From Mobula hypostoma (Eukaryota), in NCBI RefSeq assembly GCF_963921235.1, contig NC_086097.1:32056001-32120000 (forward strand): DNA of 64,000 nucleotides. Direction: 5' to 3'. The translations under genes and the position numbers were made by a program. The notes under the pieces were generated by a model, which saw nothing but the letters and a program-made list of their open reading frames with translations, made no database searches and was not told the origin of the DNA. Positions 60,411 through 64,000 of this stretch are shown in pieces. Positions within the stretch are counted from its first letter, which is position 1; every line of letters starts with the position of its first letter.

Positions 60411-62866
60411 CTGGAAAACAGAAAGGATCAGTGTGGAGCAGCTGGTGGGGCATTCCCTGTAACCGGCATTTGAGAATGCCAGGCCGCCTGTACAGCACAC
60501 CTCCTTCACCATCTTCTCCGCCTTCAGTGAACTCTGCACCTCATCCCAAGAACCCTGCTACTGAGATTGAGGGGGTCTGCAGTCGATTTGACAATCTTGT
60601 GCCCACAAGATGAGCAGGCTCGATGGGCTAAACGGCTCAAATTCTGCTCATATGTCATATAGATTCAGCACCTCAGGAGGCAACCTACACAAAATGCTGG
60701 AGAAACTCAGCAGGTCAGGCAGCACCTATGGAGATGAATAAATATGCTCCTGAACTGGTACAGATAACTTTACTCACCAGAACACTGAACTGAATCTATA
60801 TGACCTACAGTCTCTTTCAAGGGCTCTTTACAACTCTTGTTTTTGGTATTATTTTTATTTATACTTTGTCTTCTTTTGCTCATTGGTTGTTTGATGGTCT
60901 TTGTTTAAATACAAAGACGATAGTCCGTTACAGCACAGTACAGACCCTTTGGCTAACAATGTTGTGCCATCCTTTTAAACTACTCCAACATCAATCTAAC
61001 CCCTCCCTCCCATGTAGACATCCATTTCCTTTCATTCATGTTCCTATCCAAGGGTCTCTTAAATGTCCCTAATGCCTCTACCACCACTCCTGGCACCACA
61101 TTCTAAGCATCCATTACTCTGTAAAAAAACCTACCTCTGTCATCCACCCCATACTTTCTTACAATCACCTTCAAATTATGCTCCCTCGTGTTAGCTCTTT
61201 CTGTCCTGGGAAAAACTCTCGACCTTCCCACTCTACCTATGCCTACTTTGATCTTGAACACCTCTATCAAGTCATCTCTTATTCTAATTCACTCCAAAGA
61301 GAAAAGCCCTAGCTCACTCATAAGACATGCTCTCTAGTCCAGGCAGCATCCTGGTAAATCTGCTCTGCACCCTCTCTGAAGTTTCTATATCATTCCTACA
61401 ATGAGGCCACCAGAAATGAACAAGATACTATGGTCTAATCAAGGATTTTATAGAGCTGCAACATTACCTCACAGCTTTTGAATTTAAACCCTGACTTATG
61501 AAGGCCAGCACATCTTACACCTTTTTAACAACCTGATCAACTTGGATGGCAACTTTGAGAGATCTATGGACGTGGATCCCAAGATCCCCCTATTTTCCCA
61601 CACTGCCAAGAGTCCTGCTGTTTACCCTGAATTCTGCCTTCAAATTCAACCTTCTAAAGTGATGGTCTGGTAAATTATGGCACAGATTTTGAGCTGAAAA
61701 CCCACAAAAGATCGTGAATTCAGCCGAGTACATCACAGATAAAACCCTCCCAACCACTGAGCACATCTACATGAAGGTTGTCGTAGAAAAGCAGCATCCA
61801 TCTTCAAAGATTCTCACCACCTAGGCCATGCTCTTTTCTCACTGCTGCCATCAGCTAGAAGGTACTAATGCTGTAGGGCTCACACCACCAGGTATGAGAA
61901 CAGTTACTGCCCCTCAACCATCAGGCTCTTGAGCAAAAGGAGATAACTATACTTATTTAAGGACTGTTATCTTGTTGTTTCATGCTGGCTATGTATTTAC
62001 ACAGTTTGTTGTCCATTGTTTACAGTTACTGTTCTATAGAGTGGCTAAGTATGCCTGCAGAAAAAGATTCTCAGGGTTGTATGTGGTGATATGCATGTAC
62101 TCTAATAATAAATTTTGCTTTGAACCACTTCACACTTCTCTGGGCTGAACTTCATCTGCCACTTCTCAGCCCAACCCTGCATCCTGTCAACGATTATTTG
62201 CAACCAACAACAACCCTCCACACTTCACAACTCCACCAATCTTCCTGTCTTCGGCAAGCTTACTAACCCACCCTTCCACTTCCTCATCTATTCTTATTTA
62301 CATAGTTTGTCTTCTTTCGCACAATGGTTGTTTGTTAGTCTTCGTATATGTAAAGTTTTTTTGCAACATTCGATTCTATTTCTTTTTTTTCCTGTAAATG
62401 CCTGCAAGAAAATGGATCTCAAGGTGACAGTAAGTAGGAAGTTACTGTTGAAAGTAAGTAGGAAACCCTGTCGGAGATGAGGACAGGAGCAGACTGCAAG
62501 TTCCTGATTTCATGATACTCTCGGCCCAAAACATCTAGTCCTCTCTACGGATGCAGCCTGACCTGCTGAGTTCCTTCAGCATTTTGTGTGTATTGGCATA
62601 AGACCATAAATCACAGGAGCAGAATTAGGCCATTTGGCTCACCATTCCAACATGGCTGATATATTATCCTTCTTATCCCCATTCTCCTGTCTTTTCCCTA
62701 TAACCTTTGACACGCTTACTAAACAAGAACCTATCAACCTCCACTTTAAATATACTCAATGGCTTGGCCTTCATAGCCATCCTTAGCAATGAATTCCACA
62801 GATTCGCCACCATCTGGCTAAAGAATTTCCTTCTCAACTCTATTCTAAATGGATGTCCTTCTATTC

Positions 62867-63716
62867 CAGTAGTTCCCAAAATGGGTGATGTCGTGCCCTG
62901 GGGGGCAGTGGAATTTTCTAAGGGGACGATAAAAATAACGGAGGCGGAGGGGGATGGGCTTGGTAGGGAAGGGGTAGGCTTATCTTAAGAAATTAATTAC
63001 TTATTCTAAGCATTTGATCCTCAATGCCTCATAATTGATTACAATGATCACGTAATCACCTCATCTCTTGCTAATCTCCCGTTCTCTTAGACTTTGCTCA
63101 AAGCGCATTATAGTTGTTGGAAAGCAGTGTGACGCTTCTGTATTTGGCATGTCTTGAGAAATCTGGACTGAAGAAGCCCAAGCATTTTTACTGTTTACTA
63201 CAGTAGTAGTGTTAGCTACTACGATTCCCATTCTAATCTCATAGTGATGCAATTCCAGTGAATTAGGGTATGGTATTCAATGGTGTAAAGTTCAGAATCT
63301 GACCTTTCAAATGGTTCGTACCACACTTCTCTCACCCACAGCCCAATTGAGATATCACTGCCCCACTTTATGCACCTTCAGGCAGAGAGTCTGGTCTTGC
63401 CTGAGCTATGATGATGTCATAACTTTCCCCTTTATTGATCGCAGGGCTTGAGGCTGGACTTAAACAGTAGGTGATTGACCACGGTCAATAATCCATAATG
63501 AAAATGGCAGAAGCAGACCAAATGAAAAAGAAGTGTAGACAGTATAGTGTGGGGTATCTGAAATATGGATTTATACCTGCACCAAGCAAACAACAGCAAT
63601 CAATGTGTCTGTTGTGTAAAGAAGGATTTTTTTTAAAATGAGGCAATGAAACTGTCCAGACCCCTTGAACATGTGAAGAGAATACACTCTGATAAAGCAA
63701 AAAAGAACTTTACTTA
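62867..63716 (+). mobile_element. hAT (Buster/Charlie-type) element left end with transposase N-terminus from 63504
   Basis: TIR-like CAGTAGTTCCCAAA; MAEADQMKKKCRQYSVGYLKYGF...MCLLC...NEAMK...EH...IH BED-finger remnant, frameshifted. Confidence 0.8.
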
Positions 63717-63894
63717 TGTAATGTCCTGGTTAAGGTTGTTACAGCTATGCTATAGGTATTTCATTTTAGCAGTTTTGTCAAAGCAGTGAGTTCTGCTTTT
63801 AGAATGTTTTGGTTTCAGCTAAAAGATACAGGGCTATGATGTTCAGTTCAGGAATGCTGTGTTAGCCAATCAGGATGGTGGAATTGGGAGAGGG
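63717..63894 (+). mobile_element. Probable LTR start interrupting the transposase
   Basis: Transposase similarity stops abruptly at TGTAATG; CCAAT box near 63866. Confidence 0.45.
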
Positions 63895-64000
63895 TTGCGG
63901 TCCCCAACCACCGGGCCATGGACCGGTACCGGGCTGCAAAGCATGTGCTACCGGGCCGCAAGGAAACAATATGATTTGGCGATAGGAGTCAGCTGCACCT
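63895..64000 (+). mobile_element. Second copy of the 22751-23927 hAT family, running off the window
   Basis: GCGGTCCCCAACCACCGGGCCATGGACCGGTACCGGG...GAGTCAGCTGCACCT matches the reverse complement of 23822-23925. Confidence 0.9.

Overview
Vertebrate genomic DNA, most likely from a cartilaginous fish (ray/skate/shark), inferred from the repeat families. The window lies entirely inside one large minus-strand gene: 18 GT-AG exons (60410 down to 6588, 3004 nt) that I spliced by hand into one phase-consistent open frame of about 1001 codons. It encodes the C-terminal spectrin repeats and LEWD/adaptive region of a nesprin, best matching SYNE2 (nesprin-2). The gene's 5' part and KASH-encoding end lie outside the window. 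The introns are packed with nested transposable elements: many CR1 LINEs (one full length, three young near-identical copies), a decayed Ty3/Gypsy provirus, two solo LTRs, hAT/Charlie elements, Rex1/Babar and Tx1 fragments, tRNA-derived SINEs, Penelope-type fragments with degenerate hammerhead motifs, and minisatellites. I found no convincing wholly new multi-gene system. The most interesting signals involve splicing: a solo LTR whose target-site duplication is the exon's 5' splice site, a 100-bp minisatellite that amplifies a splice acceptor plus donor, a candidate internal-start exon for a short nesprin isoform, a candidate poison exon, and apparent absence of the DV23 exon. Family assignments come from remembered motifs, not database searches.
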